64,000 bases of DNA from Eledone cirrhosa (Eukaryota). The DNA lies in NCBI GenBank assembly GCA_964016885.1, contig OZ024748.1, forward strand, positions 45,260,001-45,324,000, given 5' to 3'. The notes under the pieces were generated by a model that saw only the letters and a list, made by a program, of their open reading frames with translations, did no database searches and was not told the DNA's origin. Below are positions 13,326 through 28,214 of this stretch, piece after piece (within the stretch, counting starts at the first letter, position 1; every line of letters starts with the position of its first letter). A program made the translations under genes and the position numbers.

Positions 13326-13344
13326 TATATATATATATATATAG

Positions 13345-13445
<101 letters not shown>

Positions 13446-13593
13446 ACAAAGAAAGTGTAGTTAACAACCAGGTGGACCATAACTCACCAGTGAACTCGAT
13501 ACTTAGGGTAGTAGAGTTCGGACCTAGCTGTCGAAACGGCCGGAGCTCAGCCGTCGATGTCCTATCTCTTCTCCTATATATATATATATCTCC

Positions 13594-14102
<509 letters not shown>

Positions 14103-14319
14103 CCTGGTATGTCAAAATTTTCTGAGTCGGTTCTTTTCGTTGTTCTGGTCCTAGCGGCTCGCTTATCGGTCGCTGTCTTCAATTTGCATAGCTGTCTAAA
14201 CATATTGTTATAACTCTGAGGTAAAATTCCTTATTGAGTGTTTTAGCGGCACATTCCGACTGCATTTGTTAGCTTGGCAGCAACCAGAGTTTCGATTATG
14301 CTGTACTTCCTTCTTGTAT

Positions 14320-14360
<41 letters not shown>

Positions 14361-14371
14361 CAAGAAGGAAA

Positions 14372-14460
<89 letters not shown>

Positions 14461-14741
14461 GTGCATGCAATGCATGTACTTGACAAAATGGCTGCAGGTA
14501 TAGGTTCCTCTTATCCAATGTTCCTACGATATTTCGATAAATAATTCCATTCTCTGCTGGACCTCAATACACTTCTCATATAGCTAGCACAGCTGCTCAC
14601 TGCCATTTTAAATAGTCCATGACGTTTCTCTTTAATATTGTTCATTGTCTATTGGACTATTTAAAATGGACTATTTAAAATGGCAGTGTGCAGTTGTGCT
14701 AGCGATATGAGAAGTGTATTAAGGCCCAGCAGAGAATGGAA

Positions 14742-14800
<59 letters not shown>

Positions 14801-14804
<4 letters not shown>

Positions 14805-15190
14805 ACCTAAACTGTGATTCTGTTTTTTTCTCTCTCTCTCTCTTACTGCTCCCTCATTCTCTCTCTTTCTCACATTGCATTCGTTCGCGAAAGGTCTTTT
14901 TTCTAAGCGCTCATATATTCACCTAGCTTATGCTAACAGAATAACTATGAAGCTTGTTTCCCTCCTTCTACGGTTAGCTCTACTCTTTGTTGTTTTCCTG
15001 TCTCACTCGCTTTACGCGTTTTAATTGTCCTAATAACTTAATTTAGTTATTATTGCACCGACGTGAGATATATGATTTTTAATGCAATGAAATATCTATG
15101 ATCGTCGGCAAATCACTGATGAGGGACTTATTTTATTACATGTTATCCATGTGCTACCAGCAGTATTTTTCTCCCCATTTTATCACATAT
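14801..15190 (+). mobile_element. Unit-length copy of a non-coding retrozyme-like element (lineage 1) in (TA)n
   Basis: Reverse-complement homolog of the 512-bp unit at 45137-45648, with an internal deletion. Confidence 0.8.
15027..15127 (+). ncRNA. Non-circularly permuted, pseudoknotted HHR (lineage 1); predicted cleavage after AUA at 15072
   Basis: gtcc [hairpin] ttgca ccgacg tg agata TA tgattt ttaa tgcaat GAAA tatct atgat cgtcgg c aaatca CTGATGA gggac. Confidence 0.75.
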
Positions 15191-15284
15191 ATATATATAC
15201 AAGGGCGGTGGATTGGCAGTATCGGTAGAGAGTCGGACGCCAACCTTGGTACTCCAGGACGCATGGTAGATTTTTGAGATTTAA

Positions 15285-15325
15285 TTTAGGAAAAAGTAGC
15301 GTCTACAACGCCGGGAAATACGGTA
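15285..15325. mobile_element. Terminal inverted repeat remnant of a Tc2/pogo-like DNA transposon
   Basis: gcgtctacaacgccgggaaatacggta resembles TACCGTATTT(T/C)CCGGCG...GACG termini. Confidence 0.45.
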
Positions 15326-15789
15326 CTTTCGGAAGAGGATGTGAACGGTTGAAGACTTGCTCCATTTTTACTTCTAAATTTAGCGATTCACCGAAATATG
15401 GAAAAACTTTCGTTAAACCCTAATAAAACAACAAAGAAACAAACAAAACAACAACAACAACAACAACAACAAGAGCACCAAAGAACATTCTAATCTAATT
15501 TCAAATTCAAAGAGAAAATCTTTGCAGCTACTTCTGTCTGATAGACACATGTGAATAATAAAATAATTATCGAACACAATAACCGGGTCTTATTGATTCC
15601 GTGAGTGAATTAAGTCTTTTATCACTTAATTAAACGTTGTAATAAAAGACATGTATGAAGTTCTTATAGAATGTGATACTAGAATTCTTGAGCTTCTCTT
15701 CACCGAAATATTAGGCAAAATATAATGGAATTGATTTTATAATACAAGAGAAATATATATAACTGATTTGAAGTTGGTTATAAAAGAAT

Positions 15790-16800
<1,011 letters not shown>

Positions 16801-17391
16801 GTATATTTGTAAAACATAATACATTTTAAATAAATGTCGTTCATTGGCATTATTTCTGCTAATTCCTGCTTTTGGCGGGAAAAATACCAAAAAACAAAAC
16901 ATTACACAAAGCAACAACAAATAAAATAATTAAAAAAAAATATGAATTAAAGAAATGAAATTTATGAAAATTTTAATAATAAAATCAAAATTTACGTAAT
17001 TAATAAAATCCTTGTGAAAAGAAATCTTCTGTTATTGATGAAGAATTCACCATAATTACATTGTTAAGGAATTAAGAATATATTCCATGCTTTTTATTGA
17101 AGGAATTTGTCACAGTTTTCATAACTTGTCCCCTTTTGTTGTTAGTGTAGATGTTGTTGTTGTTGTCCTTCTTCTTCTTCTTCTTCTTCTTCTTCTTCTT
17201 CTTCTTCTTCTTCTTCTTCTTCTTCTTCTTCTTCTTCTTCTTCTTCTTCTTCTTCTTCTTTTCTTCTTCTTCTTCTTCTTCTTCTTCTTCTTCTTCTTCT
17301 TCTTCTTCTTCTTCTTCTTCTTCTTCTTCTTCTTCTTCTCCTCCTCCTCCCCCCATGTGTGAACAAATGGGGTACAGATGATTGATGATTG

Positions 17392-17457
<66 letters not shown>

Positions 17458-17590
17458 CAAAATATTAACAAGTGAAGATATTCAAATAATCAAAATATAT
17501 GCTTTATTATATATATTTCGAAGTCAATACTGCCAGTATTGGAATTGAAATATCAAGACCGTAGAGGTATGTCATATATCAAATCATATA

Positions 17591-17654
17591 TTTTATCTGA
17601 CGAGGACGTACTTGAAAAAAAACAACACTGTACCTTCGAAATATATATAATAAA
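17591..17654 (+). ncRNA. Type I HHR with TATATA loop III, inside a fold-back pLTR fragment (17455-17700)
   Basis: tttat CTGACGA gga c gtac ... gtac cttc GAAA tatata TA ataaa. Confidence 0.75.
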
Positions 17655-17841
17655 GCATATATTTTGATTATGTAAATATCTTCACTTGTTAATATCTGGA
17701 ATAATATTAAAACTCCAGGAATATTTAATTGTTGAGTGCTTTTAATCTATTGTAAAACTGTATTCATTGAGTAATCAATGAACCATATCAATCTTTGGTT
17801 TTATATATATATATATGCATATATATGTATGTATATATGTA

Positions 17842-17879
<38 letters not shown>

Positions 17880-19143
17880 AATTAATATAAACAATGAATA
17901 AAAACAAAGAAACAGTTCGTTATATTAAAAAATTCATCATTTTACGATCGTTTCTAGGATATATATGTGTGTGTTGGTATGTATATCATATAGATCTATG
18001 TAAAAAAATTTACAAACTATCAGAGGGAATATACATACCTACACATATATATGCTGTCTTCAGAAATAATGGAAGACAGCATATATATGTGTAGGTATTT
18101 TTTCATTTATTCTTTATTCTCTATTTATTATTTATTTTCTGTTTTCTTCATTTATTGTCTTATATTTCTTCATATACATGGATCCCCCCCCCCCCCCACC
18201 ACCACCACCACCACCGGAGATGGTGGCAGGAGGGATGAAAAAACACACACACAGATACTTCTAAATTGTCAGCAGCAGCAAGACATAAGCTGACCACAAC
18301 ACCACCAACACTACCGAAATAAGGGTGGAGGTCAAATGTACTTAACAATAGCAAACACAAACACTACAGGGAGCCTCACTCCAGAAAGAATTTCTATAGA
18401 CTTCTGACTGAGGAATGCTCTCAAAACTGACCAATGGGAAGTTTGACATTTTTTTGTTATTTTGTTCCTTTTCCAACTTGTTCCTTCTACCACTTTATCA
18501 ATTTTTTAAGCTAACTCCAACAATAACAACACTACCAACACAAGAATTGAGGTCAGATGTACCTAACAATAACAAGAACAACAACTACAGATTGGCTTGC
18601 CTCAGAACGAACTTCTATAGACTTTTGAATGAGGAATGTTCTAACAACTGACCAATGAGAGGAGAAGAGGCCCTTTGACACTGAAATTCGTTTGTTTGAA
18701 TTCATATGATTCCAGTTCCTCAGTGAAATAACAGCCCAACCAGGAACTGGGCATATCAGAGTATTGACAAAATTATTGTTTCTACTTTAGGCACAAGGCC
18801 AGCAAATTATCCAGTGCATTACTGGTACTTTATTTTATCGACCCCGTAAGGATGAAAGGCAAAGTCAACCTCGGCGGGAGTTGACAATACTATACACCTC
18901 AACAACATATGTACTTGTCTATACCACACTAATTCGGACTGCCTGAAGAGGTCACAGCCAAAGCATACACACACAGACACACACATAATTATGCATTTTC
19001 ATAGACACATACACACTCATATTGTAATGTATATATATATATAAACATACATACATACATGCAAACATATGTACATACATATATATATACATACACACAC
19101 ATATATATATATATAAATATATATACATAAATGTATATATATC

Positions 19144-19205
<62 letters not shown>

Positions 19206-19208
<3 letters not shown>

Positions 19209-19402
19209 CGAAGGAAATGTGGTAAGGAACCAGGTGGACCATAACGCACCAACGTACTCAATACTTAGGGTAGTAGAGTGGGTAATAGGAACAAGTAAGA
19301 CCCCGACGGCTGAGCTCAAGCCGTTTCGACGGCTAATTCTGTACTGAGTACAGAATTAGCCGTCGAAACGGCTTGAGCTCAGCCGTCGGGGTCTTACTTG
19401 TT

Positions 19403-19405
<3 letters not shown>
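19206..19405. mobile_element. Short TA-inserted element (family F) with fold-back end; other copies near 9300, 11603, 13445, 25411, 48203, 48762, 51295
   Basis: Repeated aacgaaggaaatgtggtaaggaaccaggtggaccataacgcacc...gaccccgacggctgagctcaagccgtttcgac, adjoining (TA)n. Confidence 0.8.
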
Positions 19406-19478
<73 letters not shown>

Positions 19479-20106
19479 AATATATATACATACACATGTA
19501 TACCATGTATACATACATATATGCAGACATGCAGATACAAACACACACACACACTGACGCATACCACCAGATGCGCTTACACATATAGCCATACACACAT
19601 ATATATATTTATATATATACACATAGTCATATATATATATACACATAGCCATATATATATATATATATATATAGAGATAGTCATACACATACATATATAT
19701 ATAGGTTCTATGTTAAATGATCTGATAAATCCCCCCCCCCCCCCCAAAAAAAAACATAAACCCAACACAAACACAAAGCAAAATCCAAACAACTATAAAA
19801 CTATATATTGCTGTAAATGTTATTGATGTTCTTATTGAAGTATGAAATTGCTTTATTTACAGCTTCACTGATACCATTTCCTACCAAATTAATCTAGGTT
19901 TTAAATATATAATTTTGTTATTTATTATATAATTGTGTTATATTATATTATATTATATTATATTATTTTATATTATATTGTAATATATTGTATTATATTA
20001 TACTACATTTTACTATATTATATTATGTTATTTTATATTATATTGTATTATATAATTTTATATTATACTACATTTTACTATATTATATTGTATTATGTTA
20101 TTTTAT

Positions 20107-21062
20107 ATTGGCAGTATCGGTAGAGGGTCGGACGCCATGCTTTCCAGCATAGTTACGTCCCTTTACGATCTGAGTTCAAATCCCGCCGAGGTTGACTTTG
20201 CCTTTCATCCTTACGGGGTCGATAAAATAAAGTACCAGTAATGCACTGGATAATTGCTGGCCTTGTGCCTAAAGTAGAAACAATTATATTATATTGTATT
20301 ATATTATATTATATATATTGGCGGTGGATTGGCAGTATAAGTAGAGGGTCGGACGCCATGCTTTGACGCATAGAGTTACGGCCCTTGCCATTCTGAGTTC
20401 AAATCCCGCCGAGGTTAACTTTGCCTTTCATCCTTACGGGGTCGATAAAATAAAGTACCAGTAATGCACTGGGTGATTGCTGGCCTTGTGCCAAAAGTAG
20501 AAATAATTATATTATATATATTATACTAAGCGCGGTAGATTGGCAGCATCGGTAGAGGGTCGGACGCCATGCTTTGCAGCAAAGAGTTACGACCGTTTTT
20601 GGTCTGAGTTCAAATCCTGTCAAGGCTAACTTTGCCATTCATCCTTACGGGGTCGATAAAATAAAGTACCAGTAATGCACTGGTTAATTGCTCGCCTTGT
20701 GCCAAATGAAGAAACAATTATATCATATTATGTTATATCATATTATGTTACATATATTATATTATACTATACTAATTATATTATATTATAGTATATTAAT
20801 CTATATTATATTATATTATACTATATTATACTATATTACATTGTATTATATTATATTATAATATATTATATTATATTGTGGATTGGCAGTATCGGCAGAA
20901 GTTTGGACGCCATGCTTTGACGCATAGAGTTACGGCCCTTGCCATTCTGAGTTCAAATCCCGCCGAGGTTAACTTTGCCTTTCATCCTTACGGGGTCGAT
21001 AAAATAAAGTACCAGTAATGTACTGGGCTATTTCTGGCCTTGTGCCAATAGTAGAAACAATT
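20107..21062 (+). mobile_element. Four same-orientation ~185-bp tRNA-derived SINEs (~20107, 20320, 20530, 20877) in an (ATTAT)n tract
   Basis: A-box tggcagtatcgg, B-box gagttcaaatccc, conserved core gcctttcatccttacggggtcgataaaataaagtaccag, 3' end gtagaaacaattat. Confidence 0.9.
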
Positions 21063-21234
21063 ATATTATATTATATTATACCATACTATATTATATTATA
21101 TTATACTATATTACATTATATTGTATTATAATATATTATATATTATATAATATATATTATATATAATATTATATATATTACATTATATATATTATATTGT
21201 ATATTATACTTTAGCATAGCATATATATGTCTAC

Positions 21235-21419
21235 CTTATCTGTTGAAGCTCTCTTTGATATCCGGTACATTCATGATCAGCCATGTTGCAGTTACTTATT
21301 CATTGCGTTTGTCGTAAACTTTCCCTTATCTTCTGTGTTTGTTCTTCTCGCTTGCTTTGTCTATATTGCCAGATCTTGTCTCTACTTCTTGCTTGAAGAT
21401 TTCGATTCCTTAGCAAATT
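21235..21419 (-). CDS. Candidate first coding exon (ATG at 21284; MADHECTGYQRELQQI) of an unidentified host gene
   Basis: cacttcAG acceptor, aacATGG Kozak context, AAG|GTAG donor; non-repetitive island. Confidence 0.3.
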
Positions 21420-21764
21420 CTGAAGTGAGAGCTAAGTGTTTTTTTTAGTGCAAACACATTTGAAAATGTGAAAACAGATATAAATTGTGGATAGACATTT
21501 GTAGTGCCCCCCCCCCCCCAAAAAAAAAAACAATAATAACAACAAAACAAAACCATTTGCCTTACCTAATGATGTATTTGAACAATTATTTGAATATATT
21601 AGATCGGTTTAGCATCGGTTATAAATAAACATGGATTTGAACAATCGTTGAAAGATAGATCAGGTGTGTTTCCATTCATATTAAAATAATGATGGATTGA
21701 ACAATTCTTAAAATATTAGATTCGTAGATCATTTTTAGAAAATGATTGATATGAACAGTTACTG

Positions 21765-21850
<86 letters not shown>

Positions 21851-22039
21851 TCTTTCTCTCTCTCTTTCTTTATATATATATATAAATAAATATAAAAACT
21901 TGTAAAGATAGGTGGAGAAGTTAAACAGCTCAAAATAGAGTAATCTATTATACAAGTAAGGCTATGTATCACCCCTTTGGAAGAAGTTTCCAGAAAGACA
22001 TGTATACAAAATCCTGTCGTGCTAAAATAAAAATTACAC

Positions 22040-22470
22040 TAGAAGCAAATTAATCATTAAAATAGACAACAAATACATTTAATACATTAAATGTTGATTT
22101 ACGAACGTTTCGTACGCTTTCTGAGACTTTTCAAAACCAGTTATTTAATAATTGTTTCTACTTTTGGCACAGAGCCAGCAATTACCCAGTACATTACTGG
22201 TACCTTATTTTATCGACCCCGTAAGGATGAAAGGCAACGTTAACCTCGATGGGATTTGAACTCAGACAGTAAAGGGACGAAACTATGCTAGAAAGCATGG
22301 CATCCAACCCTCTACTTATTTAATAATGTATCCTCATTATAATCTCACTAAAGCAATCACCAGCGACAATGAAGATTTATTATTAAATAACTGACTTTGA
22401 AAAATCCCCAAAAGAAGATGAAACGTTTGTAAATCAGCATTTAATATATTAATTGTATTTGGTGTCCGTC
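22040..22470. mobile_element. Inverted pair of pLTR fragments with U3-A8 HHRs (22096-22138 -, 22391-22437 +), interrupted by a SINE (22150-22315 -)
   Basis: ctgact TTGAAAA atc..gat GAAA cgtttg TA aatcag, and reverse complement ggtt TTGAAAA gt..ac GAAA cgttcg TA aatc. Confidence 0.65.
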
Positions 22471-22476
22471 TTAATG

Positions 22477-22567
<91 letters not shown>

Positions 22568-22568
<1 letters not shown>

Positions 22569-23133
22569 TGGTTACACAACAGTTAGTTCACAATACCTAG
22601 AACAATTGTTTCACCTTAGCGGATCCTCAGCTCGTAATGGACATGGTTATACGGAACAGGAAGGACACCCGTACGAACGCGAATGCGCAGAAACGATCAC
22701 TTCACACAGGCAATACTAAATTGCGTGCGAGAGGTGTATGGGAGATAACTTCAAAAGTCCGAAAGTTTCTAGTTGATGAGAAAATTAGGATGTTGTTGTA
22801 ATTCAATCCGGAGCTTTGTAGTTATGGATTGAATTACAAAAACATCCTAAGTTTCTTATCAACTAGAAACTTTCGGACTTCCGCATTTATCTCCCTTACA
22901 CCTCTCGCACGCAATTTAGTATATCCTGTGTGAAGTGATCGTTTATGCGCATGCGCGTTCGTACGGTTGTCCTTCCTGTTCCGTATAACCATGTCCATTA
23001 CGAGCTGAGGATCCGCTTAGGTGAAACAATTGTTCTCGGTATTGTGAACTAACTGTTGCATAACCACGACTACCTAACTCGTCCCATGGACTGAGCGCTC
23101 TACCACTACGGATATTACCTTCCAGTGTTCTAC

Positions 23134-23136
<3 letters not shown>
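22568..23136. repeat. ~250-bp-arm fold-back insertion in (TA)n (pLTR-like)
   Basis: 22575-22810 is the reverse complement of 22826-23066. Confidence 0.85.
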
Positions 23137-23201
<65 letters not shown>

Positions 23202-23662
23202 ATAAAAAGTAAGTCCATAGAATCATTAAATAAAATATATACAGTATTTCTTCTCCCAATAACCATAAATCAACCACACAAAAAATCATTTAAACGAGGC
23301 TATAAGTTTAAAATATACTTTTGAAGAAACAATAGCTTTTTATCCGCGACTCACAGCTACAGAAAATTTACCTAGTATTTCTGATAGCCTGTAGAAATTG
23401 ACGAGACATATAGTTAACCATACATAATTAGGTACAAAATCAAAGTTAGAAGAAAAAATGTACATAAACATACCAAAATCATCAAAATATCTCTACCCCC
23501 GGCGATTTCATTCCATTTTTGGATATATCCGATCTTGGATAAATCAACGAGGTTGGAAATCATCAGGAGATAAACTCAATTGGAGAAAGATTTTTCTTAC
23601 ATGATCCCCGCCAAAAGGATATATATCTATGGATCTGTCTAGTTTATATGAATATACCCTTT

Positions 23663-23734
<72 letters not shown>

Positions 23735-23740
<6 letters not shown>

Positions 23741-24577
23741 TAACAGATTAAAGTTTTAGCAAAGAATCGCTGCTTTCACCCTTAACGGGATCTTCTGAAA
23801 CTAAAAAAGTCAATCTGTGAAGGCAGTTGTAAATATTTCAAAAACCCTTGCAACCGAAGGAAGACTGGAAGACGATACTTTGGTTCGTGGAAACGTTCCC
23901 TGGCAAAGAATGGAAAAAAACGAAGATAATACGTCATTATTTGGTGCCGAGGTTAACTTTGCCTTTCATCCTTCCGGGGTCGATAAAATAAAGTACCAGT
24001 AATGCATTGGTTAATTGCTGGCCTTGTGCCAATAAAGCAGAAACAATTATTTGGTGCAGTGAAAACAATTACACACGAAGACAAAACCACGTTTATGGTA
24101 TAAATGAAGTCGATGACTAATATTCTATTAGGTGGTTCATGGAGACGTTCTCTGGCAATGAACGGAAAAAACGAAGATAATACGTCATTATGTGGACAAT
24201 GAGAACAATTACACGCAAAGTCAAAACCACGTTTTTGGTATAACTGAAGTCGTAGACTAAAATTCTATTTAGGAAACCGAACGATTCTCGGCTTCAGAGT
24301 TAAGAATAAAGTAAATAAAATACAGAGGTTATTGAAATTAAATAAATACATACACACATCCATATACGTACATACACAAGCATACGCGAAACCACTCCCC
24401 ATGGGTATGCAAATTCAAGCACGTACAAAACAACAACAACAAAAAAAAAAAAACAAAAAAACACACACACACACACACACACGCACATACAGAACCCACG
24501 CAACGCCTGTACCGCACACATACGAACGTATACACCAAATACACATAAAAAAAATAACAAATAAAACCTATATATAC

Positions 24578-24634
<57 letters not shown>

Positions 24635-24930
24635 CATAATTAAATAAACGTATATAAATATACACACATAAATACGTATACAACGCGTGCACACACACAC
24701 CCACATGTAAAGACACATATGTTCGCCGACGTACGTCAACCAAAGCACAAAATACACATATACACACACCCTACATACGCACGAACCCGCATACTCACAC
24801 AGACGCAAAATACCCAAATGCACATGTACCAGTATATATAATATATAGGCCAATAACATATACAAGCAAATATACATACGAGAAAAGATACGTACCTACA
24901 CAAAACATACAGGTAATATATACTTACCTA
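23735..24930 (-). mobile_element. Solo 3'UTR/pLTR of PLE family C with internal SINE fragment (23945-24050); HHR at 23752-23802(-)
   Basis: Homologous to 40535-41460. Confidence 0.85.
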
Positions 24931-25240
24931 TATATACATATATATATATTAACAATATTAATAAATGGAAAATATCTTTATGATACCATATTTATTTTAT
25001 TTTATTTTATTTATTAATATTGTTAATATTAATAATACTCAAGATAAAAATGTAGAGTGCTTCAAATCTGTTATAAAATTAACTCTGTTGAATAATAATC
25101 AACAAACCATATAACTCATTGTTTATATATATATATATATGTTATATACATAGCAACTGGTGCGTGTTTTTCTTATTGGCAACATGACCCTCCCAAAGTA
25201 TAACATAACAATATATGTTATATATATATATATATATATG

Positions 25241-25407
<167 letters not shown>

Positions 25408-25565
25408 ATATAACGAAGGAAATGTGGTAAGGAACCAGGTGGACCATAACGCACCAAAGTACTCAATACTTAGGGTAGTAGAGTGGGTAATAGGAACCAG
25501 TAAGACCCCGACAGCCGTCGAAACGGCTTGAGCTCAGCCGTCGGGGTCTTACTGGTTACTATATG

Positions 25566-25607
<42 letters not shown>

Positions 25608-25747
25608 GTTGTGTGTACGAAGATGGACTGAACAGTTCACAGTCAGTATAAAATTAATGCATGCAAGATTTCACAGCTCTACCCTCATTCCTTCATACTC
25701 TATGAACTTTTCAGTCCTCGTATTGTCAAATAATACGTGTATCATTT

Positions 25748-27185
25748 GGGTGGATTGGCAGTATCGGTGGAGGGTCGGACGCCATGCGTTCCAGCATAGT
25801 TACGTCCCTTTACGATCTGAGTTCAAATCCCGCCGAGGTTGACTTTGCCTTTCATCCTTACGGGGTCGATAAAATAAAGTACCAGTAATGAACTGGGTTT
25901 TTGCTGGCCTTGTGCCTAAAGGTAGAAACAATTATTTAGAGACATTATAGTTGTTTACGTTGAAGGGCGGTGGATTGGCAGTATTGGGAGAGGGTCGGAC
26001 GCCATGCTTTGACGTATAGAGTTACGGCCCTTGCCATTCTGAGTTCAAATACCGCTGAGGTTAACTTTGCCTTTCATCCTTACGGGGTCGATAAAATAAA
26101 GTACCAGTAATGCACTGGGTAATTGCTGGCCTTGTGCCTAAAGTAGAAACAATTATAGTTGTTTACCACATACATTAAATAATGATGGATTTGAATAATT
26201 CATCATTTGTAATAAATAATCATAGATTTAAAGAAATATTTTAAAATATCAGATCTGTTTATCAATTGAAAGGATTGATAATTGTTTCTACTTTAGGCAC
26301 AAGGCCAGCAGACGTTAAAGATGTTATACATTTATATATTGATATCTGATCCATTTCACATTTGTAATAAAGAATGATGGATGTCAAGATATATGATACG
26401 TATATACTATATACTTTTATTTTGATACTTTATTTCTTTTAATAGTTGATAAATTTATTGAATAAAAGTTGTACAATGATGAAAATATAAAAAAAAAGGA
26501 TATAAAAGAAATTAAATAATAAAAAAGGGTTAAAGAAGGATAGATCTGGTTTTATAGGAAAGTAAAGGAAAGAAATATAAATGTCATAGATGAGAGGGAA
26601 AGGGAGAAAGCGAGGGAGTGTGACAGACTCTACACCTAGGTCAGGGTGGTGTTTCGCTTGTGCCCCATGGACAAATTAGCAAAGGTGATAATATTAAAAT
26701 TTAAATAAAACTATCACATTTTGGTCTGGAAAACATCTTCACTGCTTTTGTTTTACTTTACTATGGATAAAAATAATTTTATATTTTGCTGTGGATGGTT
26801 CTTTACATGTGAAGTAAAAATAAAAATGGTTGAGTAAAAATAAATTTAAAAAATAAGATTAGAAAAAGAAGGAAAGTTGTAAAAAAGACAATATATAATT
26901 AACGACTTCTAGTATAGGCACACGGCCAGTAATTTGGTGAGAGGGGAAAGTCAATTAAACCGACCCCAGTACGTTACTGGTGCTTTATTTTATAGACCCC
27001 GTAAGGATTAACGGCAAAGTTAACCTCGGCGGGATTTGAACACAGGTCATAAAGGACCGTAACTCTTTGCTGCAAAGCATGGCGTCTGACTCTCTACCGA
27101 TACTGCCAATCCACCGCCCTAAGACAATATATAATTAATTGTTTCTACTTTAGGCACAAGGCTAGCAATTACCCAGTGCATTACT
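25748..27185. mobile_element. SINE cluster (25748-25935 +, 25964-26155 +, 26908-27120 -, fragments) with target-site duplications
   Basis: Same SINE family; TSDs attatagttgtttac around the 25964 copy and aagacaatatataattaa around the 26908 copy. Confidence 0.88.
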
Positions 27186-27746
27186 GAATAGATAAGACGA
27201 AAGTGTAATGCCTTCTTTATTGTCTCACTGTCTGTCTGTTAGTCCCCCTGTCTGTCTGTTTGTCTGACTGACGACAAAAGATAAGAATTGAAAAACAATA
27301 GTTTGAGCGTAGTTATGTCCTCCATTGGAAAACTGTAGCTTAACATTTAAAGACATGTTTAGAAAAGTAAAGTAATAGCATAGATTATTAACAGCAGCAG
27401 TTTCCAGCTTTGTCTAATTTTATTTTAGAAAGAAAATCAGTAAAACCCACATAACTTGTGATATCATTGAATTGATAACTCTCCTATGCGAAATATCAGC
27501 CACGTCGGCGCAAAACTGTGGCCTACAGTGTGGAGCACGTTTTTAAATCTCCGCCGTTTCCGCCTAAGAATGTTCCTGCTGGTTCAATGAAAGGAATTGT
27601 CCACTCATAAAAATAGCGTATAATTGGCTGAGCATTCAACAAACACGTGTATCGTTAACGTAGTTCTCAGGGAGATTCAGTGTGATACTAAATCCATCGA
27701 AAATCTTGAATATTTTCAATATTATTTGAAATCATGAGCAGTATCC

Positions 27747-28214
27747 ATTATTAGAACTATAAAGTACCAGTAATATACTGGTAATTGCTGGCCTTGTGCC
27801 TAAAGTAGAAATAATTATTAGAACTATGGATAAAATAAAGTACCAGTAATACACTGGTATAATTATTGGCCTTGTGCCAACCGTAGAAACAATTATTAGA
27901 ACTATGGCATAGAGTTATGGCTCTTTACGATCTGAGTTTCAATCCCGCCGAAGTTAACTTTGCCTTTCATCCTTACGTGGTCGATAAGATAAAGTACCAG
28001 TAATACACTGGTTAATTTGCTGGCCTTGTGCCAAAAGTAGAAACAATTATTAGAAGTATGTTATAGAGTTATGGCTCTTTACGTTCTGTGTTCAAATCCT
28101 GCCGAAGTTAACTTTGCCTTTCATCCTTACATGGTCGATAAAATAAAGTACCAGTAATGTACTGAGGTAATTGCTGGCCTTGTGCCAAAAGTAGAAACAA
28201 TTATTAGAAGTATG
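27747..28214 (+). repeat. Array of four 5'-truncated SINE 3' ends separated by five copies of attattagaa(c/g)tat(g)
   Basis: Spacer at 27747, 27814, 27892, 28046, 28200. Confidence 0.85.

Noticed and set aside
15089-15127. Simple minimal type II HHR fold (tgat/atca helix I, CUA cleavage)
   Set aside because: Demoted rather than excluded: the helices are shorter, the triplet is lost in the 35908 copy, and it does not explain the agata/tatct vs aggta/tacct covariation
20107-20290. Possible tRNA genes (A and B boxes)
   Set aside because: No cloverleaf; the boxes are heads of a multi-copy SINE
27747-28214. CRISPR-like repeat-spacer appearance
   Set aside because: The spacers are homologous SINE 3' ends, the repeat is a target-site duplication, the context is eukaryotic and there are no cas genes
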